64,000 nt of DNA from Sphagnum compactum (Eukaryota). This document shows positions 25,201-38,855 of this stretch, one piece after another (position 1 is the first letter of the stretch; each line of letters opens with the position of its first letter). Both the position numbers and the translations under genes were made by a program. The stretch spans positions 7,988,213-8,052,212 of the forward strand of contig OZ234493.1 of the NCBI GenBank assembly GCA_965153455.1, written 5' to 3'. The notes below the pieces were generated by a model that saw only the letters and a list, made by a program, of their open reading frames with translations, did no database searches and was not told where the DNA came from.

Positions 25201-26820
25201 CTATATTATTGTTCCAATTACAACGGCTAGTAAGGGTCTAGTCTTTCCATTAGCTGTCTGCTGTGATCCCACAGTTACACATCACAGCAGCCTAATGGAA
25301 AAGCTATTGACATAGTGCCTTGTTTCTTGCTGGAGGGTCAGTAGCTTTCCATTGGAGAGCTGCAAGTACGTTGAAAATAAGTAATTACTCACATGTTAGG
25401 ACCTCTGAGAACACATGCTCTCATGAAAAAAGGGACAGAGGTCACTGCATGGTGAGTCACAGTATGACTCATACCTCTCATAGCTCCCACAATTGGTCAA
25501 TGCTTGATAGGGAGAGTTGTGAGATGACTGTGAGCACAACTAGTTGAAAAAACTTAATGGAAAGCTGCTGTGAACACAACAGCCTAATGGAAAGATGCCC
25601 TAAGTTCCGGATGCTCATGCTCTGACTCATGGAGTTCATGCATGTAACGGTTTTAAATGATGTGTTATAGGTTCCTCGATAAAGCAGCTACTCCCACACA
25701 ATCAACGTCAGAAATTGCAGCAGAAGTAGATGATGATGATGATGATGATGATAAGAAGGAGCTGCCTGAAAATCATGCAGACCCAGAAGCTGCAGTTGCC
25801 GATTTCTCTCGGCAGCCTGCGATCAAAACAACTAGTGTAAATCCATGGCGCCTTTGCAGCATGACCCAAGTGGAGGAAGTCAAGCTTTTGGTGCGTGTAC
25901 TGCCCGTGTGGTTCGCTACTCTAATGTTCCTCATCGTGGTTGCTCAACTAAGTACGCTCTTTCTCCGGCAAGGGATCAGCATGGACTTGTCCATGGGTCC
26001 GCACTTCAAAATCCCGCCTGCGTCACTAGAGCTTTTCGGCACCTTTACAGTACTAGCAGCCATTCCGTTGTATGACAAATGTTTGGTTCCCTTGGTTCGT
26101 GGCTTCACGGGCAACGAACGCGGGTTCACAATGCTACAAAGAATGGGTGTGGGACTATTCCTCTCCATCTTCGTCATGGTCGCTGCCGCTCTGGTGGAGA
26201 CTAAGCGACTCAAGGCAGTTCACGACAACGGCTTACAAGATCTCCCGGGAGTCACGGTGCCCATAACCGTCTTCTGGCTCGCTCCACAGTACAGCCTTCT
26301 GGGTCTGGCTCAGGTCAGTGTTGTTGTTTTCCCTTTTTCTAGTTTATAGCCAGAATTGGCTAAATCTTCTTAGGGATGATCGCCAATTTTTCTACATGTT
26401 CCAACTTGCCATAGGTGATTGCCACTTTTGGTTATAAACAAAATTTCCTTAAAAAAAATTTATATATATAATAAAATACTGCCTCAGGTTTTCGCTTACA
26501 TCGGTCAGTTGGAGTTTTTCTACGACCAAGCTCCCGACGACATGCAGAGCTTGGGCACTGCTCTGTTCGAAACCAACACGGGCGTTGCTCAATTCCTCAC
26601 CACCGCGCTAGTACGCGCAGTTGTCAGCGCAAGCGGTCGCAACGGCCATCAGGCTTGGATCGTTGACAACATCAACCGTTGCCGTATTGATAGATTCTAC
26701 TGGCTTCTTGCGGCCATGAGCGCTGCGAATCTCTTGCTTTTCATCGTCGTCGCCAAATGCTACACTTACAAAACCGCCAACAAACAAGTCTTTGATGAAT
26801 CATTAGCTGCTGCTGCTTGA
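22243..26820 (+). CDS. NPF: NRT1/PTR family (NPF) proton-coupled nitrate/peptide transporter, ~641 aa, 6 coding exons
   Basis: Exons 22243-22245 (ATG), 23054-23231, 23437-23654, 24596-25146, 25671-26313 and 26488-26820 join in frame (1926 nt) with GT-AG introns. Motifs: GRWKAA, ELLER-TAYYG (ExxER), GGFLADAYWGRY, GGMKPCLSALGGDQF, SFFNYW, P-x-GSPLT, FLDKAA, TQVEEVK, LQRMGVGL, GQLEFFYDQAP. Confidence 0.95.
22344..23012. repeat. Diverged tandem duplication (~340-bp units) within NPF intron 1
   Basis: The blocks GGGCACCCA...TGCTTGAATTGCA...GCTTTCAGGTTTCCAATTGTGACA...TTTGTTTGTGAAAGAAGATTGAGA(GA)n occur at ~22344-22670 and ~22692-23000. Confidence 0.85.
24007..24480 (+). mobile_element. Non-autonomous Helitron-like element in NPF intron 3
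   Basis: A|TCTATCTATG at the 5' end and CACTAG|T at the 3' end, preceded by an imperfect hairpin TGGGCC-AAA-GGCACA. AT target site, no TSD. Confidence 0.55.
25234..25600. mobile_element. Tourist/PIF-Harbinger-like MITE in NPF intron 4
   Basis: TAA|GGGTCTAGTCTTTCCATTAG ... CTAATGGAAAGATGCCC|TAA: GGG/CCC termini with a TAA TSD. Confidence 0.75.
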
Positions 26821-26984
26821 ATTTTTTGAATATAAAATAAATCCTCCTCATTGCAACCCGCCTCCCAAAAAACTTTACCCCCTTAATTTTTAAAATTTTA
26901 CTTGAAATTATTAAACTCTTCTAACTTAATTCCTTCGCGCTTAAGTTCCTATAATCAGTTTGCAAAGTTTTGTTTTTCTCTCAA

Positions 26985-27205
26985 CGCCAAGGGGTTGGTG
27001 GTTTTTTTCAGACTCAATTCAAATTTTCAAAAAGTTTTGTTTTCTGAACCCAACCAAAGGGGGTTGGTGTTTTTTTTCAGATTCAAATCAGTTTTCAAAA
27101 GTTTTTTTTCCGGGAACCCAATGAGTTGTTTTTTTTTTTCTTTTTTTCTTTTCTTTTTCAGACTCAAATCTAATTCTTAAAAAGTTTTGTTTTCTGGACC
27201 CAAAG
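26985..27205. repeat. Short tandem repeats (about 3 copies, 70-80 bp) downstream of NPF
   Basis: TTTTTCAGA(C/T)TCAA(T/A)TC...AAAAGTTTT.TTTTC(T/C)G recurs three times. Confidence 0.6.
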
Positions 27206-28739
27206 GATTTTTTTTTTTGTTTTTTTGTTTTTCATGGTTTGAATCTACATAGATAGGTTGTTGCGATCAACAAGCTATAGTAACCTTTTTCCTCTCACTC
27301 GCTACTTTAGTGGCCATCACCTCTTCCTCATTTTCAACCTAGATGCTTACATTATTTATAATTAGAAACCCATATCATGTTTCTCCATTCACCTTTGACT
27401 TTCATTTTTCCTCATGTAGAGTTTTTAAGTTGTTGCTTTCATTCTATGTTGCAAGTTGTGAATATTGTGCTTCTAGTCAAGATGAAATTTTGTGTTGTAA
27501 TCTCATTAGTTTAGTGGTTAGTATCATTGTTGTGGTGTTCTCTTCTTGCCATGATTCTTATTGTAGTGATATGCATGGATTGATGAATTTAAGCTTCAGT
27601 TTGATTGGGATGTGGTGAACTTTCAAAATAAATGTGTGAAAGGGTTTCTAGAAATAAAGTCAAAAACATTCACCATTTTCAATTTGAAAAATGCGGTGGG
27701 GGAAAGTTTGAAGTTACAATCAATGTTGGGTAGGTATGAAATTGGAATGTTGATATATAGATTGGTACTAGTCCTTGCATCCATGAAATGATAAGATTAG
27801 TATGACATGAAACAATGTCTTGGTAGTTGCAAAGTAGGGTGGCTCACTTTTTGCATCACAATCCAATTTTTTGCAGAGTGATGTGCATTTACATGCCATT
27901 AACATGGCATAAAAACAATAATTTTTCAAATTTGTGGTTAGATTTAGATTGTCAACTTGAAGAAAAAGACCTATAAAAGAAATTGCAATATATATACACC
28001 AAATATATAATAATGGACTTTTGAAGTTGAAAAATATGGACTAGTTTATTATTTGTGCCTATATATACATGCATTTTTGTGTATGAATTTTATTTGGGAT
28101 ATATTATAGGGACTTATATATAATATGTTAAAACAAAAAGAACATATGTGCAAAATAATTGTTAGAAACAACTTAACCATAAAAAGTTATGGACTTTTGT
28201 ATGGATTAAAATGAGCCATATTTCATAAGTCCATATCATAATCATTTTTGAGTGGATTCCAATTTCTATTTTCTTAACATGTACATTAAAGAAATTTTTA
28301 GAATGGTTATTCTTCATATGAACTTTTTAGTTCATTAACCACCATGTCCCCATTAAATTAATGATATAAAAATATATTGTCATTTTAACACTACCATATC
28401 AATTTTAAAGGAATGGAGCATCCACCGAAAATGAGCCACTTTAAAGTGCATACACCCTTAACCTTGTACCAATGTCTACGAAGTAAGGACATATGATAAA
28501 ACCATTTTTGTAGTAAGGTTATATGAATATTTATATTATGTATATACGTATTTCATATTAACCAAAAATTAGGCTTTAATTTTAATATTTTGACCAAGTT
28601 GGTATTAATATTTAAAACAAATCCAATACAAATACAAGGTTAGTATGAAAGTTTTAAGAAAATTCAATACCACTAGTACCATTTGGTATGTTCAAAATTT
28701 GATACCTATCTGGTTCTAGTGAGATGTCACAGGAAATTT

Positions 28740-30330
28740 AGTACAATGGAGGATGTAAATATTAATGGACAAGTTTCAAATCACATAAACAATGAATGAG
28801 GATCGTATTGGGAAACATGATCCAATTTGGATGAACATTAATATTTGAGTTCCAAAAAAACCAAAAATTATGGCATTTTTAGAACAAGATTGCACATGCA
28901 TGGATCTTCCTTTGTTAAACAATCCAATGACAACCATCAAGTGTATCATGTGCCACTTGGTAATCAAGCATCCAATAAGAAAAACACAATGAAATCTTTC
29001 AAAAACATGAAAAATTGTGTTGTTAATGAACATGGTTTTGATTCTTTTATTCAAATACTAAAAATAAAGAGATTTTTTTTAAAAAAAACTTAAATGAAGT
29101 TGCAAGTTAATGGATATGTAAGAAGAGGAAGGTAATGACATCTATAAACATTATGAAGTTCTTTGGTAATCACAATCCTTACAAATCCAATGACCTTAGT
29201 TTATGAATGATCTATAAAGGATTTGTCAATTGTTGAAGGGCATATGTCAATTAATGTCAATTATGGCAAATCCATAGTTGTGATGTTTTATAATGTAATA
29301 ATGTGATGAGATATATGATTTACCAATGTGAAATCTAATGGTTTTTCTTGTGCACCATTGCAACTTCCTTCTCCTTATATTGGCATGGCTTGGGCATGTG
29401 TTATGTCAAGACTTGTCAATATGCCATGAAAATAAAAAGAGGTTGAGATGAATGAAATGAACTTGGTTGACAATCCATAAAATGTTATCATCAACACAAA
29501 CAAATTAGAAAAGGGCAACTAAGAACAAGAATTGACTTGTAAAAAGGTTGACTTGAAACCAAGAAATCTAACTTGATGTTGATGAAAAAAAAGCTTGATT
29601 CAAAGCTTGTCTTTTTGAAAAAAACCGAAAGTATTGTAAAACCTTTCATCTTTGCCATAGTCAACAATCTTGTAGTCTACAAGTTTCTAAGTGCCAATGG
29701 GCTCCATCTTCTCTAGCATACAAACTTGGATACCATTGGGCTCCATTTGGGTACGTAAAAAAATGTGATTACAACCCTAACTCATTACAACCATAGTTTG
29801 TGTGATGAAAATTTTCATTATAAATCAAATCAAGGAAACTTGTTGAATATATCCAATTTTGAACAATAATGACATCAATTTATTTCAAACAAATCAAACA
29901 CTCTAGTAAATTCCCTAAGCACCTTTATTTTATGGTTTCATAATCTAATTACTTTTGTCACCTGTTACTTGTTCAATATTTCAAATTGTTTAATATGATG
30001 TAACACATATAATTGTCATACTATTTGCTCCTCCACAATTTGTTGCCCCATTGTCTCCAACATGGACTTAATGAAATTGAATTATGTGTGTAAATGTAAA
30101 GTACCAATCAAAGATATGTAGTGAAGAGTTGTAAGGATACAAAAATGAATCTACATCATCTTTTCGTGGGGAGAACACAGGTTCAAATCCTATAAGAAAA
30201 AACCTTGCTTACAATTATGATGGTTGCTTTGAAAGCCAAGTGAAAAGAACTTTTGAATGTAACACCATAATTAAAATATGGTTTTAACAATTGAAAAATA
30301 CCAACTAAATAAATCTTGTATATCTTGAAG
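28740..30330 (+). mobile_element. Highly decayed hAT transposase relic
   Basis: Fragments TIKCIMCH (BED-like), FSCAPLQLPSPYIG..GHV..KTCQYA and EKGN*EQELTCKKVDLKPRNL parallel the corresponding blocks of the transposase at 39-41 kb. Confidence 0.55.
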
Positions 30331-30559
30331 ATTAATTTATGAAATGTTTTTATTTGAACAACACATTGCATGGACCATATCGCTAATAGAAAGATGTTGA
30401 TATTAAATCAATAGTTGTAAAACTAAGTGTAGATATCAATTGTTAATTAATATGAAAAGTTTGACAAAATGAATAAATGTATTTACCAACTTATCATAAA
30501 TGTATTTACCATTATTACATAATTTAAAACTTTAGAATGTGTATATGCACTTCACATGT

Positions 30560-31900
30560 TTAATATTTTGGGTGCATGGGTGTAAAGAAAAGGTTGCATG
30601 CAAGTGTGTAAGTGTTGAAGTTGGAATGCATGCCCCCACGCACCCACACACCTTTTCCATGCACATAGGCACCTTTTTTCACACACCTGAAATAACAACC
30701 TTTCTTGCCCACAATGATCTCAATATGAAGTTTCATTAAAGTCCTTGTAGCAAATAACACTAATAACATATTTGTGTTATGATTCAATTGCAACTGCAAA
30801 TGTAAATCCTTTACAAATGGTTGGCAAATTCACTTTGTTATTCAAACAAGGATGTATATAATATTTTATTGGGTTTCAATAACTTCAACCTTTTATTTTG
30901 TTATGATTACACCAATCCCCCTTCCTACCAATTGTTCTCCCATGAATCACAATTGTCAAGTGTCAAATATCTCCACTCTTGCGAATTGCATCTCTACCTT
31001 CCTAAAAAAATTGTTCTAAAAGTGCCTATGATGTTGTATGTTTACAACTTGCCATTGTTGTTCATCGTTGAACATGAAATGAGTAAGCTTTGAACTACAT
31101 ATAGACACACTAGAAATGTTTTCCACGTCCAAAAGTTTGGAGACAACTAATGTTCATTATAATGAAATCCAAATCCAAGACCTTGATAAGGTATTTTATA
31201 TGATGTGTTTTTTAAACCAAGAGGTGTAAAGTTTATGCATTATGTCATGCTAAAACATATTTTCAAAATCATTTTTGAAACTTTGATTCCTCTTAGAACA
31301 TCTCCATTGGCAATAATAAAATGGCTTATACACAATACTTTGGATGAAATACAACCTTTAAATTTTGTGAAACTAATTTTGGACTTATAAATGTGCATAA
31401 GATCTATTGATCTCCAAAAGGGCCAAAAATGATTACCCATGTGATAGTATTTCAATATTCTTTCATTCTTTGTTGTGCAATATTTCATATTTACATGCAA
31501 GGAGGGGGAAATAATTAGTATTTTGATGCATTGAACCTTGGTAAAGACCCACAAAAGGTATGCCAAAGATTGGGCAAAAGATTGCCACATTTGAAAAATC
31601 TACCAATTTCCAACCTTTGATGCAAAATACCATCTAGGCACTACATTTCGAATTTGTAATTTGGAAGATTCTAGGATAATGCACTCCCCAAGCTTTGAAA
31701 GCTTTATATCCCTTCTAAGAGTGTATGTTAGCAAACTCACTGTGGTCTTCTATGTGAATCTTCTATGGGATTGTAAGTTCTATAGAAAGCTAAACATCAA
31801 GAGTAGGGTAAAATTGCCCATCAAGGAACACATACTTATCACTCAACATTTTTCCAATATTCTCTTTATTTTATAACCAGATTGAGCAATTTTTGTGTCA
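30560..31900 (-). mobile_element. Possible LINE ORF2 3' relic
   Basis: Broken minus-strand frames contain Trp-rich pieces (PRWYF...WQSF...YLLWV; FMFNDEQQWQVV) reminiscent of the post-RT region of plant LINEs. No intact motif. Confidence 0.25.
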
Positions 31901-33794
31901 TTAGACACACAAACTAAAGGACCACAAATTTTCTTCAATGTAGAAGTAAAGGAGCAACACAAATAACAAAAGAAGAGGATGAGTGATGGTTTGCTTTAAA
32001 AACTTTGAAAAAACAACTTTAGACCTTTTTCTAGTTCTAGCCCCATATCTTCCTCATTTTTAATTTGTTTTGAATGATTTAAAACCTGATGGGTGTGTCA
32101 GCTAAAGTTTTACAAAACTTCTTGGTGTTCAAGAGGCAAAGATGCAATGATCAAAGATTTTACATTCAAAATCCTATTTTGTCTTAATTCATCCATCACC
32201 AAACATTGAACCCCCTTACACTAAACACCCCATATCTTCCCTATTCCATTATTGTATTGAGCAATTTTTGCAACATTGGAAATGTTCAGTGGAGGGCTAC
32301 AACTTTTCTTTGAAATTCAAAAACAAAGGAACAATGTGTGAAGATGCTTACCAAAGTACTTGCACCTATATTCAAAAATATTTTTTCAAGGTTCTGGCTT
32401 TTATTCTAAATCTAACAGTTTCCAAAGCTAGTTCCACTAATCTATTTTTGTACTAGGTCCTAACTAGTGTTGTGTGTTTAAGTGCAAATAAACATATATA
32501 TGTTGTATATATGATGTCTAAATGCAAATCATTTACATGATTTACACATATACACCATATTAAAAAAATGTTATACATTTACATTTACCCATTAGATGGA
32601 TAATTTTTTTATATACATTTATATGGAGTCATGTATAAAGTTTTTGTCATATAAAGGTTGTGTATATAATTCAGGGTTTTAATTTGGTTTAAGGTTATGA
32701 TTCATTTTGTAGTCGTTTAGGTTAAGGTTGATTTTGTAATTGTTAATTATTTTGTGGGAGTCGTGTGTTTAATCAAGTGGTCGATAATTGAGCTATGCTG
32801 GTGCTATGTGCTCTATAATGAACTTCAAATGAACAACCTCACACTCTAAAGCCTAAACCTTAAACCTTCTATGTGCTCACATTTTTTTCTATGTGCTTGC
32901 ATTGTCCATGTTTCATTTGTTTCCTCCTTATTTTATTTTGTTTGTAGGGGTGAATCAAATCCAAGCTCATCGGTTGCAACAAGAAGAACGCCACGACAAG
33001 GTCAACCTTACACCATCTTTAGGTGAGCGACTTGTTCACACACACACACACACAACCTACCCCCTATCTTCTTCTTTTTTCAAGTAGCCATCGTTGAGTT
33101 TTGTGTGCTTACGCGTCATGTATTAATGTTCCCCCCATGTTTTTTTGTCTACAAAGCTAGGTACTAGGAGTTTGGCGCTTATTTGCAAGGGCAAAAAGCA
33201 AGATTAATGCCTATTTACAAAAGCGAGAAATGAAGTTAATGTTCAACACCACCTTTACGTGAACATTTTGCTCACGAACCCCTTGCTTACTTATGTTTCA
33301 GTTACTTGTGTTGGTGTTTTTTCCGTGTGCATGAGTGTGTAATGTTGGAGGACTACCATCAGCAATTCACCTATGTGTGTTCGATCACTCCCTTCCCCCC
33401 CTTTTGGCAATTTGCAGGAATAGGGATTTGGTGTTTAATATCATGTGGTATGGGACCATCATTGAACTCCACGTGAACTTCCAGGTGAACATTTCATTCA
33501 CAAAGCCCCCCCCCAAGCTTTTCATGTTCCTACTATTATTTTGTTTGCTTGAATGCATGTTTGAACATGATGGCGATGGCTTCCATGTGTTTAATTGTTC
33601 CACCGGACTATCCATTTGTAAGGGTGGAAACAACAAGTTTGGTGGGCCATAAACTACACAAAAAGGAGCATCCTCGTTAATATTTTTTTTTGGCTTCAAA
33701 TTTCAAGTGAATGAAATGCTCACAATCCCCCCCACATGGTCACCTTCTCATGTTTGTGGTTTTTTTTGTATGCTTGTGAATGCATAGTGTTGGA

Positions 33795-36282
33795 CACTAG
33801 TAAAAATCAGCCAAAATGTAACCACTCCATTTACGACTACATGCGATTTGTCGTTGTTTGCAACTAGATTTGGGAATATTTGCAATTACAAGACCAACTT
33901 TCAACTATTTTGGTCATTTTCACAACTATGATGCAACTATTGGAAACTTCATCTTATTGGTTGCATCAATTTTACATTTATTTTCATCCATTAATAGGTT
34001 GAATGTCCCATTAGTCACAATAGTCACCAAATTAGTTGCATCCTAAAGGTATTCTACAATCACATAAGGGTGTATTTTAATGTATGTACTAAAATTATAT
34101 ATATGTATGTATGTATATATATTATTCATATAATGAATCTCAAAATTAATATTTGAACTTTGAAATTTGTTCTTCAAATCTGAAACTTGATATTTCAATT
34201 TTGAATTTTAAATTTAAAAATTTTGAAAAAAAACATTTGATCCGAAAAACTGATATTTTTTTTTAATATTTAAATCTGAAACTTGATATTTGAATCTTAA
34301 AATTGACATTTCAATTCTGAATTTTTTTATTTAACTTCCAAAAAATTATTTGATCTAAAAACTGATATTTGAATTTTGCATTACTAGTTTGGAATCTTAA
34401 ATTTATATTTTTAATTCAGAAAATTATTGATTGAGTTTTAAGGGCTTTTTCTACTAATGTTATCCATAATAAATAACTATTATAAATTATTATAAATTAT
34501 TATTTTTATTAATTATAAATTATAGTAAATAATTATTGTTATAACATAGATTTATATTTTATATAATTTATATTTTTATATTAAAAGAAATTAATTAATG
34601 TAATTAATGTTACACTACTTTAAAATCATTGTAATTACTTCATATAAAAATTAATTAGTATGTGCATAATTATTTTTTAATTTAACATAATCACAATCTG
34701 TAATTTATAACTTTAAACATGAATTAAATTTTGAAAAAATTATATTGTAGTTAAAATAATGATTTTAATGATTTTAATTTCACGAATTCTTATACAATAT
34801 TTTAGTTTCTATTTTTTAAAAAAATTATTAATCATTTCTGATACATATTTTATATTAATTTTACTGTAATTATGAAAATTAATGTTATGTTTAGCAAATT
34901 ATTTTATTTATAGTTAATATTTACCAAGTGAAAAAAATTAGTTGACCTACAATAATTTTTACAACAAAAAATGTAATTATATAGTAAATATTGTAACTAG
35001 TTGAATATTATTATTTTTAAAAATTGTGTAAGAATTTATTTTTTAATAAAAATTGTTAATTCATTATTTATAATTTTATAATACATATTTAAAATATTTA
35101 GTTCTTACATTATGGTCATTAACTTACTTTTACAATAATTATATTATCTATAATTCGATCAAATTCTTTAAAATAATAAAATATTTTAGTTATTTAATTA
35201 TTTATGAGTTATGTATTAAATAACTTGTGAATAACTAAATAGCTAGTTTGTTAAATATTAAAAAGTTATTACTTATTTAAGTAATTGATAATGAATACTA
35301 AATATTTATAGTGTATAATTTATAGTTTAAATATATGTAAATTTAATCATTATTAATTAAATGATTATCTAATTATCTAGTGAACCATGTACTTGAATTG
35401 TTTAGAAATCTAAAAGTTAAGAAAATAAGGCATGAAGAAAATTTTGGAGTTACAACTTAGTTTGTGAAGAAGTTGTAACTTCAAAATTTATCCAATATTG
35501 TATGTTCTCCATTCCTATTTTCAACATTATATAAAAAGGGGGTGTGGTCATCTAATTTCACATAAAGAAATTTGTGCACATGGGATGAGCTAATGAAAAG
35601 GCTCAACCCAAAACAAAAAACAAATTATGCACAATTCTAAAGTATTTACATCCTTAACCTACTTATCTAACTAGCTAAGTAAGTACCTAGTTTGACCTAC
35701 CCACCTAAGTCAACCTATGTACCACCTATGTAAGTACCTACCTATATGAGTAAATATTTAATCTAGGAAGGTAGAACCTACCTACATACCTTTTTACCTA
35801 AGTAGGTAAGGAAGTATGTAGCCTAGGTTTGTACTCACCTACTTATGTACTTATTTAAGTACCTACCAAATTAATATTAATATTTAAATTAAATTAATTT
35901 TTAAAATGCCACATGGCATATTTACATTGGGCTATGTGTCATAATATAATATCATCCAAACATTTGAATTGAACGTCTTAGATTATTTCAATATTATTAT
36001 TATTATATTTAAATAATCAAATATTGGGACATGTGGCAACACATCATTTGCCCTCAATTGTGACCAAAATAGTTGCATGTGACAATCCATATACAATGGA
36101 GTCAAAGGATGAATTTGTATTTGTTGATTTTTTCTTTCATCTAATATCTTTTGTCATTTGCAACTAATTTATCACATGCAACTTGTTTCAGGCGACTAAG
36201 GAGATTTTAGTCGCAAAATGTCGATTGTGACTAAAATTTAGTCACAAAATGTAGTCGAAAATACATGTTTTTCTTCTAATCA
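33795..36282. mobile_element. Non-autonomous CACTA-like element with a 2-bp GA target duplication
   Basis: Starts CACTAGTAAAAA and ends with a degenerate TTTTTCTTCTAATCA, with GA on both sides. Removing it restores TGTTGGAGGACT, matching the uninterrupted sister repeats at ~33343 and ~37918 (TGTTGGAGGAC). Very AT-rich core with ACCTA repeats. Confidence 0.7.
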
Positions 36283-36849
36283 GAGGACTGCAACTCACAT
36301 TTGTGTGTTCGATTGTTCCCCTCCCCCCTTTTAACTATTTGCAACTACATGGAGTCTAATGTTTGGGGTTGCATAGTGCAAAACCACCATCATCAAGCTC
36401 TGTGAAAGCTTCTAGGTGAACATTTCACTCACAAAGCACCCCCTCTTCCCTAGGGCTTTTCATGTTTTTGTTGTCTATTTGCTTGAATGTTTGCTTTAGC
36501 ATGATGGTGTTTCTATGTGTTTGATTGCTTCCCCCCTTACTATTTGTTTGCAAGGGCAAAAACAACATTGTACATACAATCAATCAACATAACCCAACAT
36601 TGACTACATCAACATGGACAAACTTGGTCAACATGTTAGGAACCAATTTTGGTCCTTGGACCTATTCTAAATAGTGTAAGGCCTTTGCCATCCACCTACA
36701 ACATTAGATGTGAAATAATGTATTCACATATAGCATTTATCATCTTTCAATGTTCGAATGTTAAAAAACACAAAGTTTAACATATAATATAAAAGGTCAT
36801 TTTATAAACTTAATATGTTGTAAATTTATGAAGCCTAAACCCATGGATA

Positions 36850-37560
36850 AATTTGGTAAAACTTTGTTGAAATTGGTTTAAATAACATAAATTTGTTGAA
36901 CTATGTTATTTTGGTTAAACTAGGATAATTTTCTTATATTTTGATAAACTTGGGTGAACATTTTAAAGCTTGGTTAAACAAACATAAGTTTAGTTAAACT
37001 ACATGATTTTGCTAAATTTGGCTAAACCTAAAAAAATTGTAATTAGTTTTGGTTAATTATTGCTGAAATTGAATAAAATTGTCTAAACCTAGAAAGAAAA
37101 TAATTAGAATTTGTTATCTATTTGGCTAAATTTGAATAAATTCAATTAAACTTGGATATTTAAGTTAAATTTGGTTAAAATTGGTGAAATCAAGTTACAT
37201 TAAGCCACTTAAGTTAAATTTGGCTAAATTTGAATAAATTTGGCTAAACTTGATTTAATATGTTAAATGAGGGATTAAAATGTATTTTGGTTGAACTAAG
37301 GCCAAAACTAGGCTAAATTGAACTAATTAATTTAAGTTTGGCTAAACTTGGTGAAATCTAAAGTTTGTTAAAACCAATACACTTGGCTAAATCAAACTAA
37401 ATTAAGTTACATATGTTAAAGTATGGTACATTAAGTTAAAATAGGATTAATTAAAATAATAAATTTATTTAAAATAAACTAGGCTACTTAGGTTAAATTA
37501 GGTTAAACTAGATTGGATTAAATTAAACTAGGTTTAAATTAATTCATATTAAAATATATA
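36850..37560. repeat. Degenerate low-complexity array of TTGG(C/T)TAAA(C/T)-like units inside the hAT element
   Basis: Recurrent GGTTAAACT / GGCTAAATT words over ~700 bp. Confidence 0.55.
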
Positions 37561-38855
37561 CCTAGGCCTATCGAAACGCCACTTATTAAGAAGAATTTAA
37601 ATCCACCTAAGCCTATATTTAAGGGTTAGTTGGGACCTAATATGTCTATCTAGGCCTACTTAAAGTTTATTAGATTATTTAACATTTTTACTTAACCTAG
37701 CTTCCTTAACCTACCCATGTACCTACTTAACCTAGCTCCTTTCATAATTATTAATCATGTAGTTGTAATATCATAGTCATATGAGATTAAAAGTTCTATA
37801 ATCACGATTAAAATCATATATGAATAGGTCATATTAGTCCATGATTACCTTTGGACACTAGTCACAATATGTCTTAGTCATGGATGTTATGTTTTAGTGC
37901 AATGTTTGAGTGCGTGGTGTTGGAGGACCACCATCGACGACCTCACCTTTGTGTGTTAAATTCTCCCCCCCCCCCCCCCCCCCCCCCCCCATTTTTGGTT
38001 GTTTGTAAGCACAAAAGACATGTTTGGCATCACGTGGTTCAAATCACTATTATCAAATTCAATGTCAGCTTCTAAGTGAACATTTCATTCACGAAGCAAC
38101 CCCCTAGCCTAGGCCTTTTTGTGTTTTTGTTGTTGGTTTGTTTGTTTGAACATTTGCTTAAACATGATGGCGCTTGTTTTTGTGTGTTCAATTATTGCCC
38201 CATGTTGTCGTTTTGCAAGGATGAAAAGAAAGAGTTCAAGCGCTACAAACTACAAGACAAGGAGTGCCATTGGCAACTCTTGTTTACTCCCCCCATTATG
38301 TTTGTTTACAGGGGTGGGAAGGAGGAAGTCAGTGTCATGTGTTACAAAACCGCCATCGCCGAACTTAGCATTGGCTTTTAGTGAGCAAGTCAACCCTACC
38401 AACTTGTCGCATTTTTTCTGGTTTTATTCTTATTTGCTTGAACATCATTGCGTTATAGGAGTGCAAAAACTCTAGCAAACATCAATAAACATTGCAACAA
38501 TAGGCACATCTACACCTCCATCAACAACAAAAGCTCTAACAAGTAATAGTAAACGTAGTAAATGTAGTAGTAACAAATACAATTGTGTCTTAACATAGGT
38601 TCTAACAAGCAGCAATAGACATTGCAATAGTAGACATAATTGTGCCCCCATCAGTGGTAGAGGCTTCAACAAATAACGACAAACATGGCAACAATAAACA
38701 CAACTATGCCTCCATTAGTGGTCGAAGCTCCAACAAGTCAAATTCAATTAAGTTTTTACTTTTTACCTTAAATTACATGCATCTATTTTGATTTAGGATG
38801 GAAAACGAAACCAAATTTCTAAGTCTTTTTTTTTGTATTGTTTAAGACTTAAACA

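Noticed and set aside
24835-26266. Alternative-frame and antisense ORFs overlapping NPF exons
   Set aside because: Shadow ORFs of GC-richer coding sequence.
36850-37560. Interstitial telomere-like sequence
   Set aside because: No runs of TTTAGGG; a degenerate low-complexity part of the hAT element.
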